A stretch of DNA of 64,000 nt. It comes from the human T2T-CHM13v2.0 reference genome, Homo sapiens. Shown in pieces: positions 1 to 17,741 of this stretch (positions are counted from its first letter, which is position 1; the number at the start of each line of letters is the position of its first letter). The position numbers and the translations under genes are program-made. The notes beneath the pieces are model-generated. The model had not been told where the DNA came from and did no database searches. It saw nothing but the letters and a program-made list of their open reading frames with translations. Location: NCBI RefSeq assembly GCF_009914755.1, contig NC_060931.1; one strand, written 5' to 3'.

Positions 1-150
1 AGTGAAGGAGAAATAAAATACTTTACAGACAAGCAAATGCTGAGAGATTTTGTCACCACCAGGCCTGCCCTAAAAGAGCTCCTGAAGGAAGCGCTAAACA
101 TGGAAAGGAACAACCGGTACCAGCCGCTGCAAAATCATGCCAAAATGTAA
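1..150 (+). CDS. L1 ORF1p C-terminus (partial)
   Basis: Frame 1 reads SEGEIKYFTDKQMLRDFVTTRPALKELLKEALNMERNNRYQPLQNHAKM*, the canonical ORF1p end. Confidence 0.93.
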   Translation, partial: SEGEIKYFTDKQMLRDFVTTRPALKELLKEALNMERNNRYQPLQNHAKM

Positions 151-186
151 AGACCATCGAGACTAGGAAGAAACTGCATCAACTAA

Positions 187-4041
<3,855 letters not shown>

Positions 4042-4260
4042 ACAATGAGATCACATGGACACAGGAAGGGGAACATCACACTCTGGGGACTGTTGTGGGG
4101 TGAGGGGAGGGGGGAGGGATAGCATTAGGAGATATACCTAATGCTAGATGACGAGTTAGTGGGTGCAGCACACCAGCGTGGCACATGTATACGTATGTAA
4201 CTAACCTGCACAAAGTGCACATGTACCCTAAAACTTAAAGTATAATAATAAAAAAAAAAT

Positions 4261-4589
4261 ATTGCAATAAATGGAATGTAGAAACAGATATGAGAATCCA
4301 GCTGTCTTCTATTAGACCAGACATTACAGAGATTTATAAAAAGCAATACAGTGCCACTCTTCTTACTAAATTTTTGTTTTTTAAATATAGTTATTTAAAA
4401 ATATATTTATAGTAACATGTAATAGGTTTATTAAGACTTTTAAATGAATACATATTTTAATAATTTCTCAGCCTTAATGTTTTATATGGTAACAATAGAT
4501 GTACCTCACATAAGCAAAAGTTCTTTAGGATTTTCAATAATTTTTAAGAGTATGAAGGGATCCTGAGACTAAAAGTTTGAGAACCAGTG
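4261..4589 (+). mobile_element. hAT-Charlie (Charlie1-like) DNA transposon 3' end, adjoining the L1 tail
   Basis: 'gatatgagaatccagctgtcttctatta...' and terminal 'aaaagtttgagaaccagtg' resemble the Charlie1 end. Confidence 0.7.
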
Positions 4590-4639
4590 TACTCTTTGGC
4601 TAATTGGGCTAGATGAGCAATAAATGATATGTAGGCTGT

Positions 4640-4812
4640 AGATCTTATAAGATAATGACTTGCCAGGGTGTGAAAGATAAATCCTCTAAAGAGTCAATTC
4701 ATCTTTGTATTATGCATCCAGTGGTCTATAGTGTGTCAGGACATGTTCTCCAAAATAAAAGATAAAGTATTGTATTTTATACTTACAGCACTAAGAAAAA
4801 GTGCAATGTTGG
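4640..4812 (+). mobile_element. ERVL internal (pol) fragment
   Basis: 'ccagtggtcta...ggacatgttctccaaaataaaagataaagtattg...cactaagaaaaagtgcaatg' resembles ERVL pol (end of RT). Confidence 0.55.
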
Positions 4813-4814
4813 TA

Positions 4815-5752
4815 CCTTGTCCCCATTCCTATAAGTTCATCCACAAGCATCTTCTTTGGAACACTTTGTTAAGATCTACAGGTCCATTTGTATTCTCACC
4901 TTGGGCTACTCTCTATACAAAGGATAACTGGGCAGGCTCCCAGAGCTCTGCTCATTGGGAATTTCTCCTTTCCACTACCCCAAAAGCAGCACTGCTGGAA
5001 TAGCAGCCCTTTTTTAGAAGCACACTAACAAAGCAAGATAAACTATTCAAGAACTCTCATTAAAGCTTTTCCTTCTCTGACATTTGGTCCTAAGAGTCAT
5101 AGGTGGGAGCTGAGGGGGAGGTGGGGGTCCAGCAGTGGTGGGAACAACAGACACTCATGCAGCTTTCCTCGCTCTCTGGCCCTACATGTCTGATCCAGGT
5201 GTTCTATCTACTTCTATCTTACAATGAATTCTGAGCTTATGACTTGGTTGGTCTAACAAAACTCAGCATATGGTGGGCCCTGTGATTTCATTATGGTCAC
5301 TTGCTATGGTCAGATGTTCCATATTTATAGAGTCCAAGTAGCACGTCCAGAGCTTGTTCTCAGTTGACATATAGTTTTCTGCTGCCAATGCCATAGCCTT
5401 GCTCCACAGCCTTAGACTACATTGTGATTCTCTTATTGAAGTGTGTCATCAACTCCACAAAGCATCTTTTCCACATATATATATGTACCGCATATGCGGT
5501 ACATATATGTACTATATAGTACATATATATATGTGTACATATATAGTACATATATATAGTACATATATGTGGTACATATATATATATAGTCCTGTAGGGT
5601 CTGTCCTATAACTTAAGTTACAGGGCTGCTTGCATTTCAGATTGACCTATAATAGAATCATTTTATGGTCTGCATCTGACACAAAGCTATAAGCCTCTGT
5701 TATTAGATAAAGTAGTTAGAGCCATACTCACAAGTGCAGGTCATACTGCCTA
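4815..5752 (-). mobile_element. ERVL internal (pol tether/RNase H) fragment, inverted relative to the preceding piece
   Basis: Reverse complement contains 'caagtgaccat...accaagtcataag' and 'agtggaaaggagaaattcccaatgagcagagct', which are ERVL-like. Confidence 0.55.
5472..5589. repeat. TA/GTAC-rich low-complexity tandem repeat
   Basis: Repeated 'tacatatatat/gtacatat' units. Confidence 0.85.
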
Positions 5753-5969
5753 CCAACTTTGCCCTTTCTGTTTGCATAACCTTATTAAATAAACCTAATG
5801 ATGACATGATAGGAAAAATAATTCATGACCATTCTCATGAACATAGATGCAAAATTTTAAATGTAATATTAATAAATAAAATCCAGTGTTGTATAACAAG
5901 ATAATACAACATTCCAAGTTAGATTTATTTAAGGAATACATGGTTGCTTTAAAATTTAAAAATTCAGCA

Positions 5970-6259
5970 GCCAGGAAAGGTGGCTCATGCCAGTAATCAC
6001 AGCACTTTGGGAGGATGAGGCGGGCGGATGACTTGAGCCCAGGAGTTTGAGACCATTCTGGAAAACATGGCAAATCCCTGTCCCTACAAAAAATACAAAA
6101 CTTAGCCAGACATGATGGCACATGCCAGTGGTCCCAGCCGCTTGGGAAGCTGAGGTGGGAGAATCTCTTGAGCCCAGGAGGCAGAGGCTGCAGTAAGCCA
6201 GTATCACATCACTGCACTTCAGCCTGGGCAACAGAGTGATACCCTGTCTCAGAAAAAAA
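5970..6259 (+). mobile_element. AluJ
   Basis: Dimeric Alu with 'cttgagcccaggag' in both arms; TSD ~aaaaattcagca/aaaaattaagca. Confidence 0.93.
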
Positions 6260-7063
6260 ATTAAGCAATGTAATTCTCCACATTCACAGGATAAAGAATA
6301 AAAAGTATGATTCTCTCAATAGATGAAAAACAATAATTTTATAAAAATCAACATGTATTTATAACAAAACATAGTAAATTTGAAATAAAGAAGAAATCTT
6401 TAACCTGAAAAGGTGTATCCATAAAAGTATACAAGGAACATTAGAGAAATGGTGAACTATTGAAATCTCCCCCACAGCCTCCAATATCAAGAACAAGACA
6501 CCAACGTCCATTTTCACCCCATGTATTCAGCCTTGCACTGGAGACTTTAAACAGAGAAATAAGAAAAAAAAAAAAAAAAGAAAAGGATTAAGGGTAAAAA
6601 AAGAAGGAATGAACCATCATCATTTATTGATGGCATGATATTTATTTAAAGTCCAACAGTCTATAGATACAGTATTAGAATTGATAAGTGATTTTAGAAA
6701 GCTGTGTATTTTGGTACAACAAAAACAATTAGAGAGTAAAAGTTAGAAAATATATTTTTTAGAATAGCACTGTTAAACACCAAATATCTAGGCATAAGAC
6801 AGCTACATAGAAAGTTATAAACCATTATAAGAAACTAAAATGAAAAAAATGGAAAGCTATACCATGTTCACCATTTAGAAGACTCAGACTGTAAAAATGC
6901 CAATTGTCCCTAAACTGATCAATGTAATTTTATTCAAAATCCCTGTGGTATTTATTTATTTATTTATTTTAGAGGGGAGACATTAACAAACTGATTAACA
7001 AAACATTAATTAGGAAACTGTAGTACTGGCGTAAGGACTGATGAATCGACCCATAGGGTAGAA

Positions 7064-7268
7064 CAGGTGTCAGCAAACTGTGGCTTTGTGCCAGATCTGG
7101 CCTGCTGCCTGTTTTTGTTGGAGCAGAGCCATGCCCATTTATTTAGGTATTGTTTTTGGCTGTTTCTGTGGTACAGTGGCAGGGATGAGTAGGTATGACA
7201 GAGAGTATATGACCCAAAGCTTAAAATATCTACTATCTGACACTACAGAAAAAGCCTTCTGACCCCTA
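7064..7268. mobile_element. MER58A-like hAT MITE
   Basis: Ends 'caggtgtcagcaaact' and 'ctgacccct'; internal sequence is MER58-like. Confidence 0.75.
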
Positions 7269-8409
7269 CTGTGGAATACAGTGTTCAGAAATAAATAAAC
7301 TCATAAACAGAAACTTGGGATTAAGATTATGTTACCACTGAGTAGTGGGTGTAGGAGTCTTTTCAATAAATACTGCTGGGTCAGTTGGATAATGATATGA
7401 AAAAAGAAATTATTCTTGATCTAAATTTAAACCATGCACAAAAATCAATTCCATCTTAATGTTAAAGTTAAGCCAATAAAGCTTCTCAAAAATAATATAG
7501 CAGATGTTCAAAATTATTTTTAAAAACTACAGATAAAAAGCAATAAGAAAAAAGTAATAAATGGATACATTGGACTTTAATAAAATTAAGACATTCTGAT
7601 GTTTAAGACTTTGTAAACTATAGGCAAGGCACACAGTGAAAGAATATATTTGCAACCCATAGAGAACAAAAGATTCTAGTTCCTTCAAATATAAATTATA
7701 TATAATACCAGTTAAAAAATAGGCAAAAGACTTGGGCAGATATTTCACAAAAGAAAATGTCCAAATGATCTGGTCACATAAAATGATGTTTCACATCATT
7801 AGTCATCATTAAAATGCATATTTACAGAACAATAAATTAGGATGCCTAAATTAAAAAGACTCATCATTCAAAGTGTTGGAGAAGATGTAGAGCAGTGATA
7901 GCCCTTGTGCACTGCTGATCATAGCGCAAATCAGTACAATCACTTTTAGTAGCGTCTACTATAGCTGAACATGCACATACCTTATGACCCAGCAATTTTT
8001 ATTACTCAATTTATACCCAGAAAAATATATAATCTTCAATGATAATGTTCATAGAAGTACAATTAGTAATAGCTTCCCACTGGAAAAAGCTGCGTACTCA
8101 TAAAATTAATACTATAAAATAATGAAAATATGGAATTTAAAAGGCCAGATGCAAATCAATATATGCCATATAATTCTACTATAAAATATAAAAACCAGAA
8201 ACATTTATTCATGGTGAAAAAGGTCAGCATATTGAGTAGGGCAAGTGAACTAGGGGTTTCTGTGGTGTTGGCCGTGTTCTATTTATTGATCAGAGAGAGT
8301 GGTTACATAGGTGTATTGACTATCAAAATTCATTGACGGTACATATAAGACATGTACACTTTTCTGCACATATGTTGTAGTTTATGACAGCGTTCAGTTT
8401 CATTAAAAG

Positions 8410-8700
8410 GATAACACATAGAGAGGGAGTAGGGAATCGGAGGAGATGGGGTGATATTTTAGACAGGGAATCAGAGAAAGCTTCTCTTAAGAGAGCATAT
8501 TTTAACAATGACCTGTTTTCAGTGACCTGAAAGAAGCAAGTGAGAAGCCATGCGAAGCCATGGAAAGTCATATTAAGATCTGAGATAAGAATATTCCAGG
8601 CAGAGAGAATATCAATGCAAAGGCTTTGAGATGATGTCATGCTTGATGTGTTTGATGAGTATCCGAAAGCCTACTTGGGCTTGAGTAGAGTGAGAAGAGT
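8410..8700 (-). mobile_element. L2 fragment
   Basis: 'ttttagacagggaatcagagaaagcttctc...tattccaggcagagagaa...tgcaaaggctttgag'. Confidence 0.65.
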
Positions 8701-9127
8701 TGTCATAAATTAGATTGGCTGACACATATTAAACTATTGAGTGAATGACTTATATGAAGATTCACATTTCTGGTCTTGGCATGATTATTTCTTGTTATCT
8801 GTCCATTAAATATACATGAAACATTGTAAAATGGTTTTCAAAAAACCTGTCTATTAGCCTTAGAAAACAACAGATTTAATACCAGGGTAATCACTTTACT
8901 TAGTTCAAGAACTGAATTCCATTTCACTAAATTTTCAAAGTCTAGAGAAAATGTTTTGTCCATCCTACACAATTCCTAATGAAGGAAAAAGACAGAAACC
9001 AGCAGTTAATCAAGACATTAGTTAAGTTGAGGGAAAAATATGTTGATAAAAGCATAATCTCTTCATTTACTGATCATTTATGGGAAAAGAGCTATACGCA
9101 AATTTTATATATGCATATGAAAGTTTT

Positions 9128-9490
<363 letters not shown>

Positions 9491-12400
9491 TCAAGGACTT
9501 ATTTCTCTTAAAGATATAATTACCTAGGATTGTCCATGAAGAATGAGCAATGTCATTTGCGGTGATGGAAGCTCATTACCAGGTGGCAAAAAAACAATAA
9601 TTATACTTTCTACATTTTATAAGAACCTAGACATACTACATTTTAACCCTGTGATGTTTTCCTTTTTAATTTAAAAATAGCAGCATCAGCAATCACCACC
9701 AAGAATAAAACAATAACACACGCGAGAACAAGATACATATTCAAAGTCCTGAGACCTCACAGTTTCCCTGAGAGTTGCAAGTGTCCTGCAATGAGACAAT
9801 GACGCTTCTGCCTAGAAAGAGTTGCTGCAGAAGCAGGAGACACTAAACTTTAAACAAAATCATAGAACTCTTTCAACCTTTCTTCTCGTATTGAGTCTAT
9901 GTTAAAGTGCCATAAATCTTGTTGACAGTTACTGCCACATCTATTGGCACACAGTCAGCATCTGTTTGAAAAGAGTTTTGCAGCATAGGTAGGGCCCATT
10001 ACCTGTTCTCTGTCTTCTCTTAGTATTTATTTTCACCCCAGCAGGCAGCACCTCACAATGTCATTAATTTCTTAGTCAGCCTGTACTTTCCCTTACAGCC
10101 ACTTAGAGAGTGCTCTTATAAACAGCTCTGTGCATCACCAGAAATGCATTGCACCTCTAGAAGGAAATCAGAAATTTAAGAGCAGCAGGTACAACCTGAA
10201 CTGGTTGCTGAGGTGATGTGGTCTCTGTTGCTAGATCAGTGGGGGGTCATCATGGTGATTTGGTTATATGGTTCCGAGGGAATCAGTGCTGTTGGCCAAC
10301 ACAATCTTAAGAAAGTGAGCGATGGTAGATGTGCAACTGAAGGGAAAGCAGCAAGAAAATACGATATTCCACGATTCACCATGAAGAAGAAAGCAACAAA
10401 TGAGTAGACAAGACAGCAAGAAATTACCTGCATAAAGAAGGCATTCTAATCATCCCAATACCTGAAAAGAGTGAACTGTACTCTAGTCAACTTTCGTTGG
10501 GATAAATATTCTAATAGGAATTGCCCCTTTCTTCAGAAAGGATGATTAAAAAACATCATCAATCAAAGCTGGACCAGAAAAGCAATCAGAACCTAATTCT
10601 TCATTAGAACAGGTTTAAAGATGTCCAGTCATGAGGACTCTACTACTTTAATCATAATATGGTTTTTTTACAAAAATTAAAAATTTCCATAAACTAAAAT
10701 ATGGATCACATTTATTTTTATTCTTCTGTGGGGCCAGGACTCATTTCTAGAAGGGCTACTGGTCCACGGTTAGAAAATGGCCCCTTCACCTCTGTGGTAA
10801 ATGTGGGCTATATGTTTGGATGTGCTTCAAATATTCTAGATGGGTAGCTTTGTGCATATTTTAAATTTTATAGAAAAATAATACAATCTTACATTTCTAT
10901 TTAATCATTGTTTAAAATGTATTGAGCTGTAAAAATCACACAAGGAGGTAGAAAAGTCAGAAATGTTTATGTCTACTTATATAGGTTATGAGACAGACCT
11001 GGCAAAGATAATTAGGTCACAGATTTCTTTTTTTTTTTTTTTTTAACCATACAACTTATTGTATTCATGTGCTTATAGTCTAGGAAACTAAAAACTAAAA
11101 CCTGTGTGTAAGAAACTCAGTAGCCTTCAATGTCTATGTCAAAAGTCTCCCCTATTAGCAGCTGCTAAGTGGAAAAGAAAGCTGAAGGAAAGCAGCCTGG
11201 GTAAGTTGAGAATTCTAATAAACCAATTGGTATGATACTAATTTGCTCTTTTTTTTTCCTTGCCCATGGAATATGATAACTCATTTTTATCATGCACCTT
11301 TGGGAAGATTGAAAACCAAAAAAATGAAAGAAAAGTCAATACAGTATTAGAACTAATGTCTTCCCACCCAAGCTACTGTGTTCTGGTGCATGAGTCAGGT
11401 GGAGCGGTGCTACAAGGTCAACCAAGAGAGTGGGTTGTTCAACTACTGTGGCAGGAATCACCATAGAATGGACATTCTCACCTGGAGGAGGACTTGTAAT
11501 GAAATCTGAAGAAAACATTATTCTCAAGAGATAATATGTAGTGGAAGGAAAGAAAATTAAGACAGAGAAGAAGGAATTCCCTTCTCCTGTCTATACATTT
11601 TCAACCTCCTTTCCTTTGCGGGAATGGCATAATGATTTGTTTCTTAGAGAACCTTGTTTTGTTGTTTCCTATCAGCTTCCTCTGCAAAACAAAAACACCC
11701 CTGAACCCGCCTTCCTCTTGAAGTAATACTTTGGTTCCCTGATTTTCTGATTAGGGCTTTCAAAATAATTTGTGTTCAAGTATGTTTTTATTCCAGGCTT
11801 CATTTTGATATCTACATGTCCATTATTAGCCTGTCCCCATTAACCAATTAAGTACACATGCAAACACACACATGCACACACACATACACTCTCTATTACA
11901 ACACATATACACAAGACATATCTGAGTACTCACTAGTAAATACTCATGTGTACTAAAGTCTACCACAGGGGTTTCAAATGTCAGTTGTGTTTTTTAGTTT
12001 AATTCAACTTTTATACCTATAGTAATTCATTTATTTCATTTTTGATTATTTTAAATGTTTTGGATAACAGAATGGCTCTTGAATTGCAACGGAAGTTAAA
12101 TTTCAGTATCTACCATAAACAGCACATTCATTTCATTCCTCAAGAATGAAAACACCTGTTATAGTTCCTTTTTGATTGCTGACTTTTAAATGAACATTTG
12201 GATGAAAAGTAATGTTTACAAAGATAACATATATAAAATATTCAGAAGACAAACAGCAGAAATGAGAAACAAAAAAAAGCAAACAGAAATTTAAAATAGT
12301 TTGTCTTAACAAAACAATTACAATAAAGAATTTATTAAAAACCTTTGGAAGAAACTGTTTCCAGTAATTTAAAAATAAACAGAAAATATATTAACAAATA

Positions 12401-15400
12401 ATTGAAAATAATATCTAACTGCACAAATGTATAAAATATCTAACTCAAAATAGCACTGTTAATATGTCAGTATATTTTAGTTAACATACTTTTAAAATGA
12501 GACACACAGATTACTTCATTGCATATCTCTGAGAGCTCCTCAAATCCTACACACATTTTAAATTGTTAAATTTGATACAATTACTGTCTTTTTAAAATCA
12601 AAAGAGCATTTTCCTACTTTTAGACTGAGTAAAAGATGCATTGACTCCTTGCTTCCCACTAGACTCACTAGACATTCTGATACTGCACTCGTGGTGAGCT
12701 GGCCAGAGTGAGGTTGTGAAAAAAAGACAACAATACCGAGGACATTTGGGCAAAAAAGTATTTATCACCAAGTATAAAAATTTTTGTAAAGCCATCACTG
12801 ATTAATACATTATTTCATTTTTGCTCAATTACTTACTAGAGAAATGTATAAGTAGCATTTTCAGTTCCTTGCAAGAGACCATGGTTAGCTTATTTCATGG
12901 CAAAAACATGTTAAAATATGAAATGACTTCTCAAACCTATTTTATATGGAAGTCACATTTTTGTGCACATGACTTTTTAATTTTGAAAAGACGTTTTATC
13001 ACAAATTCCATGAAACTTTCTTTCAGTAAATCTAAAAATGGAATGTTCTATGATACTAGTTGACTTTCCATCTCTTACTATTCTTCTAACAGGATACTCT
13101 GAAAATTTGAATATCATAGACTTAGTAAGAAAATATGTTTTATGTAGCTTTTTGGGTTAAGAAGCATTAGTAGGAAAACAAGTCAGTGTGCTAAGGGCTT
13201 TAATTATCCGAAGAGACATACATTTATATATTCGGTAAAATAAAATTATTTAATGTTCTTCGTTATTCAATATTTTTGAAAATATTGTTATGTTTGTGTT
13301 TTATTCACAGAAATTCAGTTTTACAAATAGCAGCTGATTTTTTATTAAACCAGAGCCAAATTACTAATTTCAGTATTAATAGTTAGCTTTGACATGTTTA
13401 AAAAGGGTAGAAAGTACGTAATAGACCTGTCTTCAACTCTGAAATGAACAGCTGCTCAGGGAAATGGAATTGTTCAAAGATACATTTTCTTTCTGCCAAT
13501 CTGTGAAATATAATATAATTATTCTCTTTTAATGAATCTCTCAACGAGGAGCAATCTTTCAGAGCTTGAGCAGGTAAAATATAATGATAATGGGAACAGC
13601 TTTGTAAATAAAAGGATGAAATGAGATTGTTATTTTGTGCCATATTATGGGATAATTAAAATAACAGTGCAGCATTCAGCAGGTATTTGAACTTTCTAAA
13701 AAATGCTCCCCAGGGCTCTTTTAAATTAGTCATGTTTATCCATGTAGATTTGTAATCTTACTGCAAATGTCTGTCACCTTATAATATTCAGACCTCAATA
13801 CTTAATCTGATTAATATCTGATACTGTACAACAGCTAACAAACCTTGCCGAAAGCAGACATTAAAATAATAACCTGAGTTGACAAACTCGAATTTATTAA
13901 AAGAAGAACAATAGAACTATTTTCATTAAGCCAGGAGAATGATTACTCTCAGTGTGGTGGGACTCATGAACTACATGAGATTCTATGTATTTCCACAAAA
14001 CAGAGTGGCCGCACACTTCCAAGGAGCTACTATTCACATGATAATTAGCTCTATATAATAAAAGAGTATATTCATGGAAACTAAACTCATGGCAATGGAA
14101 CTCCAATGGCTAGTTGCTTTGTTTAATTCAAATTCATACAGCTCAAATACAAGTAGATGATGAGATCTGATTTTTCAAGAAACAAGTTCCTTTGCAGTTC
14201 ACTGGACCCTCCTAGCACCCTTCTTAGAAAAAGTGTGCAAGCAGAATCAAGTGCTAGAGTGTGGCCATTATATCACATCCATTAAAGTTATTAGAAAACA
14301 AAATATAAATAAAGAAGGTAAAATAAAAGTCTGATATCTCTTCTGGTATAACTTTAAATTGCTAGTGAGATATCATTTCACGAAATGGTACAATTGAAGT
14401 TTTATTCTCAATTAGGTTGTAGTTTTTCTCAGTTATTATTCTCTATCTGGAGGAACAAGGAAAATGGTTTTTAATATCAATAAATAAGTAACTGTGACTT
14501 CTGTTTCATACTTTCTGTAGCTGATTTCATGTCTTTTTAATAGTTCTTTCATGCTTATAATTTTTTAAAATCCTCCCCAACTGATTGTCAGATATCCTGA
14601 TGATAGAAAGAAATTATTGTAATTTCCTGGGGAGCTATCTACCACCTTAGCTTCAAATCATTACCCTCAAAGGGCAAGATCGCTATCAGGCTTTATATTT
14701 AGGAAATTTGTATGGATAGCCTCATATCTGGAAACTTTATGTGTCTACTATTAGAAGGTATACTCTACATGTGTTATTTAATCACTTGAGCGTTATATTA
14801 TCAGGCAATATTTATTTAGTTTGGAAATCTGTTTTATATGTCTACCACTGGGTACGTTAAATTGACTTAAAGTTAAGATGCAGCTTTACTCTAGGTAGGT
14901 GATCTGCCACTATTTTCAATAGACAGAGGACTGGACAACTGTGCCACAGAAACAAATAAGATGATAATTTTACCACTGATATCAGATATCAAGGTCTACA
15001 GAACATACCCATTAAAGCATTTGTATTTTCTAATCTTCTCTGCAATTGCAAAAATCAATAGCTAGAAATATAGAAGGGTTTTAGAATAGCATGTAGAATT
15101 TTGAAAATAAACAATGTATTCTTCCTCAGAAGTCATATAAGATTAACAATCTGAGCCTTAATTAAAAATCCTGAGTAAACACATTCATTTCCTTTTTCCC
15201 TTGCAACTATTAAATTGATCAATAAACCATATATTTTTCAAAATGCGACTGGTACTAAAAACTCATTTTTCTTGTTTCCCTACATTCATTAGGTGATAGA
15301 GAGTTGCTCATTATTCTGCCATCCCTGTGTACCTTTTTGGATTTTGCCCATTTTCCTAATTTCAATTTCTTTTCAGGAATGAACAAATTGATGATCAATG

Positions 15401-17094
15401 GTGATGATTTCATTTATGTATTAGAAAATACCACTTTTCTGTTTAAATGATTACTTACCTGTTATATTCAATTTAAAATGGCTTTGCAGTCTTACCAATT
15501 CTACCATAAAAAGTTATAGCATTATACTTCTTGTCAGATTTTGTTTTTAAAATTATACTGCACACCAGATTTTTTAAATTTTACTGTTGAACAAGGGGAA
15601 AGGTGGCAATAATGATGGTCATGAAAAGGTAATTTGTATACCTTCAGAAGACATATGAGAATATTCTAAATATTGTCATCTAGTGGCTCAGTTCCTCCAA
15701 AATATTATTCATATTTCTAGTTTGTGCTTTTTAAATTTCTAGGAGCTACCAGTGTCTGCAGTTTCTACAGTACTATGACAAATAGAAATTTCATTAATGC
15801 TTCTCGATAATGCATGTGCTTTTATAGGATAGCCAAACAAAGGATAAGAGTACCTGGTCTTATATATTGAAAATTTTTTTATTTTTACATTTTAGAAATA
15901 TGCCTTATATTCTCTAACTTTTTATTACTTTTTACAAACTTCAAAATTATAACTTAAAAAAAATCTTAGTGCCATCACATTAAGATACCCAGGTATATGA
16001 TGTAATCTTAAATTTAACAGCAATTTTGATATTTAGTCTTATTAAGCATATGCTATTATTTGCATTACCATTGCTAAAAAATTTCAAAGGAGGCAGTTTA
16101 AAAACATAGTTGGGAGACATCTACTTAAAGGTTACTAGATAGCAAATGTTTGGATCTATCTATTTTCAACCAATGAAAATATCATGGTATTAGTGTATGC
16201 ATATATTTTTGTGAAATGCAACATCTCAAACGCCATACTATTTTTCAACAGTTTTAACAACCAGGTGTAATAATGCTGCATGAAATCCTTTTCTTGTTTC
16301 CAAATTTAATTGATTTAATCACTGAAATTAAATGCTTGGAAATTCTTCTGCTTGCCGGTGTTTGAACGCCAAATACATCATCTACGGTTCTAAAATGAAT
16401 ATTGCATTTATATTTAGACAACTTAAAACACTGCTTTCTAAATTACCCTAAATAACCCATAGAAATGTCTAGAAAAATTCATAATAGTGGATGACAAATG
16501 TCCATTGCCATCAACCTTCAAATAAGAATAACTTTTACAAGGTATACAAAGTGTACAATTATCTGGGAAATATAATGTAAAGCACACATAGATTAATCTT
16601 ACTTCTTCCAGCACTCACCACCAGTGAGCTCTTCCAAAACTCATCTTTAAAGATGAAGACATGGGAGCTAGAAATCATATTTATCTTCAGAGGCAAAAGA
16701 AATTTAAGTTTTGCCAAGCTTTCACAGACGTCAGCTCATTTATTCTCTTTGATCAATTTGGTTTGTATTGCTTTGTTTTGCTTTTCTTCATAATTTCTGG
16801 GAGTTAAAAAATTAATAGTAATAAAGTCACTTGAGTAGAGAGACTCCTTGACAGCCAATCAGATACACAGTCTTTCCCAACAGTGCATAGAGAGATCAAA
16901 TAGGGTGAGATGAGGATATGTTTGGTGCAAAGTATATGGAAAAGCTTATTCTGGGGGAAATAATACATAGTAAATTTTATCCAAGATGATGAAGAATAAA
17001 AACAATGTTTACAGTAAAGTATTTCCACATGGGGCTACTTATCTGAGTTTGTTTGTTTGTTTTTTGTTTTTTTGGCCTGAATTTTTCCATGAAA

Positions 17095-17348
17095 GATAGT
17101 AGCTAGCATTAACTAGGCATTTGCTACGTACTGGCCCCTATTCTAAGCTTCTAATCTGGGCTTTTCTCATTCTCACAGTCACCATATGAGGAAGGCGCCA
17201 TTCTTTGTGCCCATTTTAGAGATAAGGAGATTAAAGTACAAGGACATGAAGTTACTTGCCCAAAGTTGTCCAGATAAGCAGCAGAGTTGGGGTTTGAGCC
17301 AGCTGGAATCTGGTGCCTGCACCAAGAACCACGAACACTATGCCGCCT
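17095..17348 (-). mobile_element. MIR (MIRb-like)
   Basis: Core 'cccattttagagataaggag...aagttacttgcccaaagtt'. Confidence 0.75.
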
Positions 17349-17440
17349 TCGTGGAATGTGTAGGAGTGATTAAGCTTAAGTATTTCCACATGGGGCTATG
17401 CAAACACTATCAAGGTGGTGAAAACTGCAGCAGCTGAGTG

Positions 17441-17741
17441 TAGTTTTCTAAACTTTAGTCTTTCTGGCTTCACCTTCACAATTTTGGCAACATCTAAGTA
17501 TCTTCTAAATTATCACTTAGGTAGGATGTTTTACTCTATTTTTACTTGAATTAATTTTTAAAAGAAAATTTTGATTAACATTATAAATGATAGTAAAAAA
17601 TTCAGCATTTCTTACCACAAAGAGAAGACAACTGTAATAGTAAATATAAAACCATTAAACTTTTAAAACATTCATCCATGTACCCACTAACCCATCTCAT
17701 TTTCCATCAGTGGAGTCCTTGCTGGGTTTTGGGAAATTCTG
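17441..17741. mobile_element. Probable hAT-Charlie MITE
   Basis: TIR-like ends 'tagttttctaaact' and 'ttttgggaaattctg'. Confidence 0.4.

Larger units (their letters stand above)
5770..8405 (+). mobile_element. Old, degraded LINE-1 (L1M class), ORF2 remnant through 3'UTR, hosting an Alu and a MER58
   Basis: 'catgaacatagatgcaaaa', 'tctcaatagatgaaaaa', 'cagatatttcacaaaagaa', 'tatgacccagcaatt' in colinear L1 order. Confidence 0.8.

Noticed and set aside
11385-11425. TGAGTCA (AP-1) and AGGTCA motifs as an enhancer
   Set aside because: Short motifs expected by chance in 64 kb; no supporting context
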